From: Marsupella aquatica
Lineage: Eukaryota; Plantae; Marchantiophyta
Assembly: GCA_973895155.1 (NCBI GenBank)
Contig: OZ316896.1
Coordinates: forward strand, 2,170,001-2,234,000
Length of the DNA: 64,000 nucleotides
Reading direction: 5' to 3'
Shown: piece after piece, positions 10,706-23,780 of the stretch
Numbering within the stretch: position 1 is the stretch's first letter
How the letters are laid out: each line of letters begins with the position of its first letter
Made by a program: the position numbers and the translations under genes
The notes under the pieces: generated by a model
What the model saw: the letters and a program-made list of their open reading frames with translations, nothing else
The model's database searches: none
What the model was told of the DNA's origin: nothing

Positions 10706-13700
10706 TGACACTAGGCATGTGTCATTTGAAGTCTACACCTTCCGTTCGGCTCGTTCTTACTTGCTACTTCTCAATATTCCAGTCTAAAGCTATGACTGAG
10801 TGGCTTCCACCAGTTTTTAAGGATTGGATTTGTAAATAATAGTGTCCTGAATTCTGGAGGAGGGGGAGGGGGGGGGGGGGGAGACGTTGTAGCCTTAGCG
10901 CTATGATTCTAGAGTATCAAAGCCGTCTTGCTATCTTCTCAAATGTTTCTGTTTGATGCCTACGGTCCAGTTAGGATTAAACCTATGTTTGCTCTTTAGG
11001 TCTTGTTCAAGTGTTATTTTCCTTTGGGACACATTTGTGCCACCCCTGCTTTCGGAGAATGATGCAGTTGACCATCATCATCGTACACACCATCGTCCCT
11101 TGCTGGAGAAGGGGTGTCCAGTCGGTATCAGGGTGGAATTGGGAGCTTCACCAATGAGGGTCTGATGGATCTACTTATGGCCGGTGGAATTGTTTTTGAA
11201 TGGAGGACCATTCACTTAATGAACCGGCCTAATTTTTTGGCGGCATTGAATCTGGTCAAGGAAGCGAATGCTGCCAGTCAAAGCTCGTGAATTGGGCGCC
11301 AGAACGAAAGAGATACCATTCCAGTTTGTTACTCTAAAGTGAGTTGCCCATGGATTTCTTTCGGGTGCAGTGAGTGCCAGCCGAGGAATGTTAATTCACT
11401 TTGAAGGGAGGTGGGGATGCTTGCCAATTGGCTACTTTAATGAAATAGAGACCACTTAGCTTTGTCAATTTCAAGTGTTACGCCAGATACGTGGGTTTCT
11501 TCTCATTGAAGAGTTACAAAAATGATCTTTCGGGAACTCTTGTCAATTATTGAAAGGAGCGACTTATTCTGAGCTCACTTCAAATTCAGGTGTTATTAGT
11601 CTTAGGGTTGTATTTTGGGAAACGAAGGACACGCATGAGTGAACGTAAGTTGCATCACAGTGCCAGATGCACACTTGAATTTAACAGCTTGAATCAAGTT
11701 GTCTATAATCGACCTTGTAGACGCCATCGATAATTGTCTGAGCAGTGACTTCATCATCTGGTAAAAGTTATAATCGATGTTGCTACTCACGATAAAGAAA
11801 TCTGCACCGAGTTAAAATGTGACTAGCAAGAATGTATCGATTGCAAGTCCCATTTCAAAGTCGACTGCATGGACCGTGAGGATGGGTGGTAACTTGGATC
11901 TCTAATTTTCATCGCCAAAACCTCAATGCAATAGATCTTACTGTACTAACATTCATAGCTGGAACCCAAATTGTCACAGAATCACTCGCCGCAGGGGGAC
12001 TTGTCTGATTGGACAATGGACTCTGATTCCCTGAGCATGTCAGCTTTGTACCATACCTCTCTGCAAGCATCATGCCTTGAAAGTGTCCGAGCAAGTACGT
12101 AGACCTATGACACGTTCCTCTAGACCAAACGAACCTGAGAAAGTGGCTATGTACGAAAGATTGTCTCCTAGCCAATCTGGCATTTAGAGATTTAACAATA
12201 ATTCCATTCCTAACCTTAAATTGATGAAGCAGCTCATCACTCTGCAATGGTGGCTTAACTCATCCTAGAAAGAGTCCTGATCTCAAAGCTTTATAATGAA
12301 CTGTCTAGCATAGCCCAGCCCTTGAAATCGAATAGTAGCCAATACGTGTTCTATTCAAACAGTGTGCCTGGGGCTTCACATAGTACGTATCATTACCATA
12401 CTTATTTTCTCAGGCCTGGACCTCCCAAAGCATTTACCAGTCTTTTGAACTTGGTGACCCAGAGTGGTTTGATCCTTCCTCAGAGGGGCCTTTCCTCCCC
12501 TGGAATTAGGAGTGCCTAGGATGGGAGTCCGGCAAAACTATGTGACCGCAAGCCCGCCTGGAGGCGGCGACCCCTAATATGAGCTTGCAGGACCGTAACT
12601 TTTCAACTCATACCAGGAAAAAACTCTAAATATCTAACCATTTTGCTAACAAATTTAATGCCTTACTGGCCAGAGCCAAAATTTGGTATCAATTATCATA
12701 AGTTTTGTGTCATTTTCTGGCAAATTTTAATATTTCAATATTTCTTTTGGCTAGAATATGGGCTAAGTCACGCCAAAAGTTGTATTCAAATAATTTTTTT
12801 GGTCATGTTTTCAAAATTGAATACTTGGATTGCTCTAGAAATCTGAAAGTTTGCCAAAAGACGTAAACAACCTTAGTGATGTTAGCAGTGCTTTTCGTTG
12901 AGTCCTTTAAATAATAACTCCAGGGGCGTTCTTTTCGAATAGAGCACCTGGGCCTTGGCCTTGTATTTGCCTCATTTTTAAGTTCTAGCAATGATGGATT
13001 CGATTGATGGGGGTGTCCTATACTTTAATTTATTGGCTCAGATCAAAGTTTTGAACAGAGTGCCCGCTGGAGGGCAACGATGGCTGTTCTATTCAATCAG
13101 TGCACCTGGGCCTGGGCCTCCTTGACTTCAAATAGTAAGCCCTGGACTTGTATTTAAGTCCTAGCAATGATTGTCTACCGATTGCAAACTAATATTTGGT
13201 GAATATTCTTTCTCTGAGGTAGCAGGAAATCGGGCTACTATCTTGCATAATTGGGCTTGGGTCACTGTCAGAGCCGCTCAAAGTTCACAGTAGATAACTT
13301 GTCAGTTGTGGGTTACAGACCAATCCTTATGGACTTTGAAATCACTGTTCTCTAATATTTTGCTCTTAAGAGACGTCCATAAGATATGGTTGCAATGAAG
13401 CTTCAGAGGTTGGGCACAATAAACAACATCCAAGTTTCACTTTGGCCAGGAAAAGAGTTACCCTCAAATGTTATGACCAGAACCTGTTTGCCATATTGCT
13501 TGAGTATTGAGATGCCCTGTTTTCCTGACTGTGAATGCTCTGGACAGTTGTTCCACGCAATCTCCCCATTTATAATTGTTCATGAAATTCCCATACTAAA
13601 GGCTGCCCAAACTAAACGCAAAATTATGGAGCAAAATATAAATCTCCAAATGTCTGTCTTTTTTGTTGTCTTTCTATCCAGATTGCAAAAGCCAAATCCT

Positions 13701-14744
13701 TCTCAGTTCTCAGATACCATAGTCATCCCATCTTATGTTCTGGTTTGTTGCCAAAATGTTGTCATTGTTGAGGAAGGCTTGTGGCACCAAAAAAACCGAT
13801 CTCCCTCTCTCCCTTGTCACTACTCCTTCTTTTTAATATTTTTTAACACGTTTTTACACACTAGGGATGTGGAGGGTCTTTAGGGCGCAACCAATAGTGG
13901 GGAAAGAGTGCCCTGTCATCACCAACCACAATAAATTCGTGCCTAGATTAATTTTTTTAAACAGCCCCCAGGGAAAATGTAGAGAGATTGTGTTTTCTAG
14001 TTTAATACCATATCCGGTTATCGTGACAAAGGACTTGAAACTTGGCAGATTTCCAAATGAAGCTCACAAATGCTGCTATGGATTATTGTTTTGTTTTGTT
14101 TTATTCCTAGGAAAAAAGGAGGGCAGGAAGCCCATGAATTACGAGGGCAAAAACACACAAGTACACCGGACAGCTGCAACAAAGCTGTAGCCAAGAGACG
14201 AGAGTGGCTAATGAATTACTAAACGTAGTACAGTAGGTGAATATTCCGTGTTTCCTTGAATCTCCAACCTTATAACAGTACTTGATTTTGATTTTGGAAG
14301 GCGATTTACAATACAAAAACTACGCTTTGGGTTTGTTTTTGCAAGGTGGCAGAGCAGAGCGGATCCTTTTTCGAGATTTAACTGCAGTACAACTGTCCTT
14401 TGCCTATGCTTTGGCAACTGTGCGAGAGGCACCTTACATTTGAAGCTCCCCCCAAATCCCTCAACCCCAACAACCCAGATTTGAAATAGAGAATCACCAC
14501 CTTGAATTGTGGGAAGCGTACTTCAATCAGGTTGAGGCGCGACCTTTCAGACAAAGGGCCAGTTTACAAAAGAGAGCCAGATGCAAACCCAAAAACACCC
14601 AAAAATCTAACAACAAGAAAGAAGGGGGGGGGGGGTGAAGGAAGTAGCCAGGGAAAAAAGGATCTTAAAGTGAGTTTTCATACAAAGAAAATGATTTAGA
14701 AAATTCACATGCTTTTGTCTGTGGTTGTTATTTTTGTGTAAATG

Positions 14745-15150
14745 AAACACTTGAGTAGTTGACACATGAGATACGTGATTTGCTTTACTAGAGGCTACGT
14801 CCATGAGAACAGACAAGCTTGAAATTTATTGCACTCTAAGCCCATGGGGTATTACTGAGTCTCAATAGACTAAGTTCTTCTTATCTCCCAACTGGTTCCA
14901 TAAAATGAGCTTAAGTAAGTTCCACTCACTAAGTAAGTCTTGCTACAATAGTGACACATCTAACTGTAATCAAGCACCTAACTCTATTTGGACTAATTAT
15001 GGTTACATAGTAACTCTACACCTAAGAGTAAATGCCTAAGAAGTTGTCATGTAACTATAGTCAGTCTAGCCATAGTGAGGGGCTTGGTTACAGTTAATAT
15101 ATGTGCCATTACTATAATCACAACACGACTTAGATAGTAAGTAGAGTTAC
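14745..15150. mobile_element. Degenerate LTR relic related to the copia LTR at 42489-42836 (same orientation); ends approximate
   Basis: gacacatgagatacgtga...gaggctacgtccatgagaacagacaag...tttattgcactctaag aligns by eye with LTR 42549-42625. Its second half matches 17150-17260. Confidence 0.65.
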
Positions 15151-15409
15151 TATATGGAGCCCCCCATCATGTGCAACATTCTGAAGGCACAAATACCCTC
15201 AAATTCGAGAAAAAAGTGTTTTTTAAGGCTTTACACCTTAAAATTTTGGAAATTTTGGAATATCCCAAAGTTTGGTTAAAGAAGCACTATTGTTTCTTAT
15301 AAGTCTCATTATTGGATGAAAAAAACCTAGTGTTTGTTTGGATCAAAATTGGATTAAAAAGACCATATTTTGTCGCACATGATGTGTCATTGTCATGGAA
15401 GTGAGACCT

Positions 15410-15590
15410 GGAAGCTATGGAGGCAGTTGACATATAGGGAGAGCTTGTAGGTGGAGACTTGTGCGACATAGCGGATTGGCCTAGAGTGTAGCAACACTTT
15501 TGTGTGTTCTTGTGGATGTAAAGGTGAACCACGTATCTCTTGTGTTCGCAACTTGTGTGTTAATTGGATTTTCACATATGGATGTTGTCT
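15410..15590. mobile_element. LTR relic of the same family in inverted orientation; ends approximate
   Basis: Reverse complement reads gagatacgtggttcacct..acatccacaagaacacacaaaag..ctacactctaggcc...acaagctctccctat.tgtcaact, matching LTR 42557-42678. Confidence 0.7.
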
Positions 15591-15631
15591 TATGAATATG
15601 ATAGTTTGCTTAACACACTAGCCAACTCTTA

Positions 15632-15813
15632 AGAGGGTAGGAGCTCTCAACCCATAGTGACTCGGGTTCCATACCATGATCATCTGGTATGGAACCAGAG
15701 AGGGTAGGGAGCTCCCTATACCATTGATCATGGTATGGAACCAGATGACCTACCTATAAGCTCCCTATACCAGATGATCATGGTATGTAACCAAAGAGGG
15801 TAGGGAGCTCCCT
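15632..15813. repeat. Nested palindromic/foldback repeat cluster
   Basis: Hairpin ggttccatacca-tgatcatc-tggtatggaacc, palindrome tagggagctcccta, and repeated ataccagatgatcatggtatg units. Confidence 0.8.
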
Positions 15814-16939
15814 GAGCTACCGCACTATAGGGGTCATCTAGTTTTGGGTGGCAAGTTTTTTAAAATTACATTGCCAATTATCATCGTGTCACCTGGGAAT
15901 TTGGGATATGGGCGAAGTCAGGAAAGGTGTGGATATATTCTCTGTCTTAATTAAGCAATCCAGGAGAAAAAACAAGGTGCACATGGGTTGAGCGTCAACG
16001 TGCTGGTCATGTCATTAAATATTGGAGGGAAATTTAAAAAACAAAAACAAAACCTTCTAGTCAAGTCAAGAGTCAATCTTACAACTTGTCACTAATAACC
16101 CGGGCATGATATAAATAAAAAAATAGTATAGTACTCAGAGTACAACAATTATTCTTCACGACACTGCCTTTGCATACTTTTGGGACATTATTTTCTTGTA
16201 GTCTTCGTTGAGTTCTATTATTGCTGCGTCAAACGCTGATCAAACAGTCAAGATCTATTGATTATTCTCATCATTGGTCAATGTCAGTCGTGCCTACGTG
16301 ATTGCCTTAAATGCATGTTAGCACACTTAAATATGTATTAGCTCACATCATTAGTGCAAGTTCCAAGCTTAGTGAGTAATTTTGGTATTATGAAAAGGAG
16401 AGAAAAACGTTTGGCGTGCTCTCAATGCCACTTGCTTTGCCATGTCGTCTATTTCATCCCTTTAATTGCATGGTGTATAGGTGGACTATCATCATTTAAC
16501 CAATAAAGCCCGATCAAAACGTACTCCCAGCCCACGGTTTAGGGCATAAGTGCAAGTGAGGGTGTAAACCAAAAAATAGGAAGGGGTTAAAGATGAATTT
16601 GGATATAACATGGATCCATTTTTTCTAAAAACAAAATTCTCCTCACTTCTATTTATGCATGAATGGGTAATCAAGCTACTCTATATTATAATTCACAATG
16701 ATATGTATGCTCATAATTTAATGCGCCTAGTGAAGCCGTTGGCCATAAATTCTCTGGTAACAGAAATTTTGATACTTAGAATAAGCTTGTGAGTAGGGAT
16801 GGTCATGCTGATTCTAGGTACAAGGTGCCCTTTATGTGCATACACAAGCATTCAGGTTTAAAGTGCTAACTCTTGTAGTTGAGAGTTATGGTGGCAAGGA
16901 AATTGCTGAGTAAACTATCTCTACTCAAACTCAGCATAC

Positions 16940-17360
16940 ACATGTGCAACATCCAGGGAACATACAATTAATCGACACAAAGGATAAGTGGTTCACCTCT
17001 CTAGAGTTTACATCTATGAGAACACACTATATTTTGAACTTTATGTCCATTGGTCACACTGAGTTTCCACAGACTAAGCTCTCCCTATCTTTTAAATATT
17101 TCCGTAAAAATGAATCTGAGTTCCACTCAAAAGGTAAATCCTGTTAGTTAATACAATAGTGACACATCTAACCTTTGTGAAGTACCTGATTAAGGTCAGA
17201 CTAAGTGCACTGTTACATAATAACTCTAGTCCCAAGAGTATATACCTAACATAAATGGACAAACACGGCATCCATCCATAGCTCAAGGTAAAATAAATTT
17301 GAATAACATTGACCCTGCTATAATGGTATATGGCTAACCCACTTGACTTGCTCATGAGTG
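16940..17360. mobile_element. Degenerate LTR relic of the same family (same orientation as the 14745 copy); ends approximate
   Basis: tcgacacaaaggataagtggttcacctc...gagaacacac...aagctctccctatct matches the LTR. tacaatagtgacacatctaac...gttacata.taactcta..c.aagagta.at.cctaa is shared with 14944-15040. Confidence 0.65.
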
Positions 17361-19157
17361 TTATTTTTCAGAGGTGATCATTCATTTTCTAATTTGCTTT
17401 AGGGGAATCTATTATTTGCTTTTCCTAACTTTTAGCCTTTGGGTTAATGTCACAAGTTTGGCTTTTTTGTTCTTTGGTAATGTGATGTATATACAATATT
17501 TTGGGGGGAACAGGTTACATTTTGGGAACAGATCCACATTTCGGGTCAAAGGAAAAGTCTATGCTCTGGAAACATTCATGGACTGAAGGCAAAAATTTCC
17601 TTTGCGGGAGTTCTACACACTGGTCTTACCATTATGAGGAACCCATTTTAGGCCGCAAGCCTTTCATGCTGCAGGTATGAACTTTTTGCAGTAGCCCATG
17701 AAACCATTATGAGTTATCTCTGCCTCAAAGCTAAGGATTCAACAATGAGAAACAGAGGAGGCTCGTGTGGCAGAGCAGAATGTGCAATATTAGTTATAAA
17801 GTATTCCAATCTGATGACGATTGTCCAATTCGGCTTTGAACTGATATTTTGTATCAAACCCAGCTCAAAAGTAAATGTTCTTGGCATCTCATGCTCAATT
17901 GGGATGTATGAGCAGCAGTCTCCCCGGTAGAACATAGACTCGATCGGTTGCACCATGTCTTCCAAGAAAACAGCCACCAGAGGAATTATATGTAAGCTAT
18001 GCAGGTTCAACCTCTTAGGATATGGTTGATTGCATTGAACAAACTTGGGTAATAGATTGTCCTGAGTGAGTCCGCATCACGAATCACCTGATTTTTAATG
18101 ACGTTTAGTTACGCCATCGAAATGAAAGCTAGAAAAAAACTTCAGTGGGCTGTGTTAATTTAATTTGTGTCAAGTGCGTCACAGCCTTAGGAAGAAAAAA
18201 ATTCTCCTAGTTTCACTTATTTGAATAATTGACGAAAATCAAGTTTTTTAAAATGGTTCTCTGGCAGACAGAAGGCAACTCTCTAGTTTATATGACAGGG
18301 CATGAATGCCCGTTCTTATCAATGAACACTAGAGGCTGATCAGTTTGTTATCCGGGATCTGGGTCCCCATGATGATTGCATCCATTCTGAGCTAGTGGTA
18401 TCTACACTTACTTCTGAATTTCCTAAGATTCCAGACATAAGTTGTTCATTTGGAATACTGAGATTACTATATTAGTGGAAACGGGATCCATGGCCCGAGT
18501 GCAGAAGCCAGTCATGTACCTTCAAAAGCAGGTTCAGACACTCAAATATCTTTTTGCTACACACCTGGCAAATCGTTTTATCCAACTAACATGGGTCCAT
18601 TCAAGCTTGTGTTGTTTGTGATCCTGTGTCTCAGTCCTGTCCTTCCAAAAAGTATAGGGCAAATCGCTGGCCGGCGGCCACAAACATTAGATGTCGTCTA
18701 GTATGTCTCACAGACACACCTGCTTCAATAGAAAATTACCCACTGCTGGTTGACTTCACCATCACAGGGATTATATTTGATCAATCTACAACCTTTCTTA
18801 TCAAATAACGTCCTTACTGCGTCCCATGCAGCCGCATCCTGGACCACGGTGCCTTCTTAGTCATGCTCATTGTATCTGTCCGATTGGCCTCATGCCCGCG
18901 CAAAAGGATTGAAGAGAGTCTAGAGTTCATGCTCCGTCCACAAGAATCGGTGTTAGCTCGAGAGAGAATTTCTTCGTGCATCCGGGTGATGTGGTGCATT
19001 GTCTTGTACGTGGGGGACGATGCCAATTTCACTAATCACAGACTCCAACTTCTCAGTTCCCAGAAAATGTCTCACCTAATGGCTTCAACACTATTTCACG
19101 TGCACTGGCTCTGGAACCTACCAGGGTCCTATTTCCAAGCTTCAAATATACTATCTT

Positions 19158-22100
19158 TCAAGCACTAGCCCCATAAGTCTCGAATAAGTAGCTGATGATG
19201 TTCAAAGACTCAGCCATGGACTTCCCCGTGTTGGGATCTACTAAATAGGGAACCTGAACAATATGATAAAGTTTTGTTATCATCAGGACTCCTGTATCTA
19301 GGAAGCTATGATGGAGATTAATCTTAAACTCTTCTGTCAAGACAAAAAATCATGCAGTGCTAACGTTAAAGTAACATCCACTAATGGTCTCCGTATGTCG
19401 ACCAACGACCTAATTGTAACAGAACCGTGTCAATTTATAACGTAGATGTCAACTAACCTGTGTTGAGCCTGCTAACTTAAGCAAAGAGTCCCTGGAGGAT
19501 GATCCCTTGCCCGCATTTCGAAGAATGTAAGGTAGCTCCAATTCACATAAGGTCTCTCTGACCAATCTTGCAAACTGCAGAGACCAGGACAGGACAAATC
19601 TATGACGCCCATCAGAGTCTGGTCTCTGTAAACATGCCCAAACACACCAGAAATGTAATTCGAATTTACTTGTTGTCATCTCACGCGGAAGGATGATTGC
19701 GTAGCGTGAACATGATTTTAGGTGTGGCCGAGTTGGATGGCCATGGGTGGTGATGCATGTGCTTGATCCATTAATAATTTGTCAGAAAATTTCCATTACC
19801 TGGTTATTCTCGTATGAAAAAAGCTCCAGTTTTTCTGGAGGAGGGTCTGACGTTGCCTTTGAATAAAGCATCATTCCCCTCCCTGCCCGCATGATTGTTG
19901 GCACCCAACCTGTCACCAACGTACTGCAAAAGCAACAGGGATTGGAAAATTGAAATCGTCGTTACCTTGCATGTGTTGTACAATGACCTCAAATCATTTC
20001 AATTTTCCCTAGCCCGTCCGCTAGCAATTGCTGTCAAGCGTTGCCTCTTATACAAAGCGACGACTAGTCAACTGTGCCAGAAAATTTCTGGTGGATTATC
20101 TTGTTATACAGAGGATATCAACATGTCTAAACAGAAAGCCGAGAGTAATTCTCGCCTCTCTAAAAGTCCGGGTGTCGGTTTTCTGCCACCTCCGTACTCT
20201 TTAAATAAGTAGTTCACTATCTCTGCTGCATAAAACAAACCACATTTGACTGAGAGAAAAGGCAGAACGAACCTGAACACGAAAGAACGAGTGTGTAATT
20301 CTCTCACTCCCCAACATGACCAATATAATCACTCTGCTAGTCATAGGTACAGTCTGCCTCACTTCGAGATAACTCCACATAGAATTCTCAAAAACGCAAT
20401 CCACAAACGCTATCAATTTCTGATCTCATTCTCAGTCACTATGGAGTTCAATTCAATTCAAATATTGGCTGGTAGATTGAAACCACTGGATCGAAGAGAC
20501 ACTCACAACTTTCATACAACGACACACCAGTGTTGGGATCATGGAAGTATGGAAACCTGCAACACGGACTGTATATGTGAGAATTCTTCGTGCTGTGAAG
20601 TAAAGAATCTAGTGATGACCATTTGAATGAGATTGGTTGTCCACTCGAAGATTGCAAACTATCATCCTGTGCCACCTAGAAATGAGACGCTTGGGTAGGA
20701 ACAAAACTGTTCTTTGCCACCATTCTTTAACACAATCTCCCGATGTTTCCGAGATCCCTTGGGGCAAGGGTAAACCTGCAAGGCCGGCACAAATCATGTC
20801 AGTGATAAAATTTGGCTCCCCTAATCAATCCAGGGGTTAACGCTGAAATCTTCGCGCAACAGCGTTCAGACCAAAAATTGGTGAAGAGCCTGACATTGGA
20901 AGATTAATATGGAAGGACAATTGACTGCAAAGAATACTAGAGAGATTCAACGGCAAGAAATAAGACCAAAAGCTATCACCTCCGCTGAGAGATCAAGCTC
21001 TGTCAAGGCTTCTCTCACCCGCCTGCAAAATGGGCATGCTTCTGTTGAAGGCCAAGGGAAGAAAAAAAAAGTCAGGAAAAGAGTCTAGACCTAATAAACA
21101 GTTGTATTTGGTGGTCGCTCGTGAAGAAGCAAAGACATAAGCTTAGGATAGCGTGATCCTCTGCTAAAGCATAAGTAAATCACAGAGGTCAAGAGCCAAA
21201 TGGCCATGACACAGGCCGTTACCGAATTCATAAAGTTGAAAAAGCTGACTAGGTTGGCCACTTTTATTCCGTTCTGCTGCAACAACCGCATCCACTTGTG
21301 ATCCCCAAGGCAAGCGAGCAAGGCTTGCTATTCCAGATGTTGCAGACTGCATTAGCACAAGAAAACAGAGTCCGGAAGTCCACTTACAGAATATTGTTGC
21401 CAAGGAAAAATCTAATTCCGAGATCCTTCTAGCCGGTGTGTAGTTATTCCTCACTTTCAGTCTTTTGGTTTCCTATGGCGAAGTTTAGTATACTTCATAT
21501 GCATGTCAGTAGTTTTAATATAAAGAGCCGTATCGTTCGTTAGTGTGATGCTTTCGCGCGGATTCTTCCCTCCTTTAAATTAAGACTGTTGGGTAAGACT
21601 AATCAAGATAGAAATAACATGAAGGGCAGGAGGCAGGAAGAATTCAGCATAGTTTCTAAAAAACGTACCTCCAAAAATGCATTCCGTGGTGCAGCTGGAT
21701 CCCCACCCTGATGTCATAAGTCCACGAAAGAGTCAGCTTCCAGTCTATGTTAGTTCGACAAAAATTCCCGTGAAGTACTCTTTGCAGAATTTCGGAAGTG
21801 ATTAATCGTATAGCAATGAAGCCATCAGTCTTTCTAGATATGCAGGCCACGAGTCAACAAGGTGAGAAATTCTAGCGTTACTATCCATATTACACGAGTA
21901 GAAATAACGAACGAAGTGATGGGTCTCTCTCTTTCCGGATCAAATTGAGGACGCCCTAGCGCTCTAAACTTTACCTAAAGAGACTAATCAAGGAATGCCT
22001 AAACTATGCAACGGTTTCTTAATAACAGCTTCTCCGCAATATTTTCCAACCATCTAGAGTATTCAAAATCGTGCAACCAAAGGCTTGCCAGCCAAGAGAC

Positions 22101-22986
22101 AAGCGGATGCGTTCTTTAATCGTACATTGTTTCTCCATTGGTACCAACGGAAAAGAGCAGGAGTCCTGGTTTTGAGAAATCGCCTTAATGAAAGTAGCAG
22201 TCAAATGTGTATTAAATGTGCCACTGAATTCTCTAGTTTGCAAGCGTTGCTCTCGACTCACGACAGCCTCCAAGTAAAGAAACTGTCTGATTAAAATGCT
22301 CATTTACTTTTCGCTGCTTTGTATTGCTATTTGAATCTGATGCTGATTCTAGTCTACCACTCATGAATCGAGCCGTCAAGCAATTTGATTGTTGTGTGCC
22401 TGACCCAAGCCACCGTTGGAGTCAGAAGTTAAGTTTATCACCTCAATTGGGCAAGAGACAAGCGCGATTTGAAATTATTTTGAGGTTTTGGAAAACGAAC
22501 CCCTATGAGCTTAAGCAACGGACACAGAAATGTCAGAAAGCTGCTGCTGCCTCCTCCTCCAACAGCCTGCTGCTGCTCCACATCCTCAGGGGAATTCGAC
22601 CCCTCTGCCGAATTCACCTCCGCCTCTCCATTGTTCACAGCATTCGCCACAACAACTCTCCCCCTCACCCTTTGCGATTTCTTCTCCGTCCTCAGCTGCT
22701 TACTCTGCTGGAATTCGAATTCCACCGTGCCAAACAGTCCTCCATTAGTCTTACACCCCGTCCAGATGCTCAATTGCTTGCGCTTGTCTGCCCTTGTCAA
22801 CCCACTTTTCCTAGTGCTGCCATTGCAAACTGCAGCACCCCAGCTGCCCAGCTTCAGCACTGTTCCAGCAGTTGCAGCTGGGAAGGAGCTCCTCTTCACA
22901 TCCTGGCTCGGTGGGCACCATTGAAAAGGAACATCATGAGACAAATTACTACTGCTGCCAGACACCACAGTCCACTGCAACTCCAT
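19158..22986 (-). CDS. Plastid-targeted thioredoxin-superfamily protein with two GST-N/glutaredoxin-like domains (At4g10000-like); exons 22986-22501, 21707-21669, 21346-21223, 21041-20980, 20775-20708, 20556-20507, 20225-20156, 19923-19800, 19574-19458, 19253-19158
   Basis: The spliced frame stays open: LCPLLKLIG|GGDPAAPRNAFLE|SATSGIASLARLPWGS...LYEFEACPFCRRVREALTELDL|VYPCPKGS...GGKEQFPYFHDPNTGVSLYES...GLLESTLVTGWVPTIMRAGRG...LELFSYENNQ|FARLVRETLCELELPY...|VPYLVDPNTG. The long Ser-rich N-terminus resembles a transit peptide. Confidence 0.92.
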
Positions 22987-22995
22987 CCGAGAGAA

Positions 22996-23098
22996 GCCCT
23001 CCCAACAACTCTGATTATGCGAGCTTTGCTTGCTTGCTATCCATGCCCTCCCAACAACTCTGATTATGCGAGCTTTGCTTGCTTGCTATCCATGCCCT
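22996..23098. repeat. Perfect 49-bp tandem duplication immediately upstream of the GST-N gene start
   Basis: gccctcccaacaactctgattatgcgagctttgcttgcttgctatccat occurs twice (starts 22996 and 23045). Confidence 0.92.
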
Positions 23099-23667
23099 GG
23101 GTGCAATCAATTGGCTATGGAATAATGCAGCGCAGAACGTTCAACCCGCTGAAAGGAATTTGTAAATAAGATAGTCTTATCTTGCAGCCCCCCAAAGCGA
23201 CGAGGACTCAGCACAGTCTGCCTTGTGGGCATATTGGAACATATTCTAGTTCCAGGAATTTCAGATAAGGGTACACTGATATCTGTGATAATTGGAGCAT
23301 GAAATCTTCGTGACTTCACTCTTTATAATTTAGTTGCATTTATGGAAAAAATGCACAATTAAAGGTGGGATCATCTCACTACTTTCAAATTTTCATTACT
23401 TTTACCAAAAATAGAAATTCTCTTGAAGCCCAAATGGATATTATTCCACCAAGCCTACTGGCAAGGCCTGGATGGACTGCTTAGAAAGTTGAAATCCACT
23501 CCCACTCCGATACAGTTGTTTACACGACTGAAATGTGACCTATAAATGGTATCCGTATTGTTTGGAGCTGGTTTCAGTTACTAATGGGTCTCCTTGGTAG
23601 CTGAACAACTTCATGGCCTTGACCCTCAACTCCATTACATTATAGAACTGGTCTCATCGAGTCCTCA

Positions 23668-23780
23668 TAGTTTGATGGCTTGACAACCTTGAACATAAAA
23701 GATGTCATGTCATTACTCACGAACACCAGTTTGATGACTTGACGACCTTGAACCTGAAATACATCATGCCATTACTCAGT
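23668..23780. repeat. ~60-bp diverged tandem duplication
   Basis: agtttgatg(g/a)cttgac(a/g)accttgaac...catg(t/c)cattactca twice. Confidence 0.75.

Noticed and set aside
13386-14190. 165-aa and 107-aa plus-strand ORFs
   Set aside because: No motifs or splice-consistent partners; composition looks like non-coding DNA.
22324-23169. 281-aa plus-strand ORF
   Set aside because: Antisense shadow of exon 1 of the GST-N gene, with a non-ATG start and no recognisable domain.
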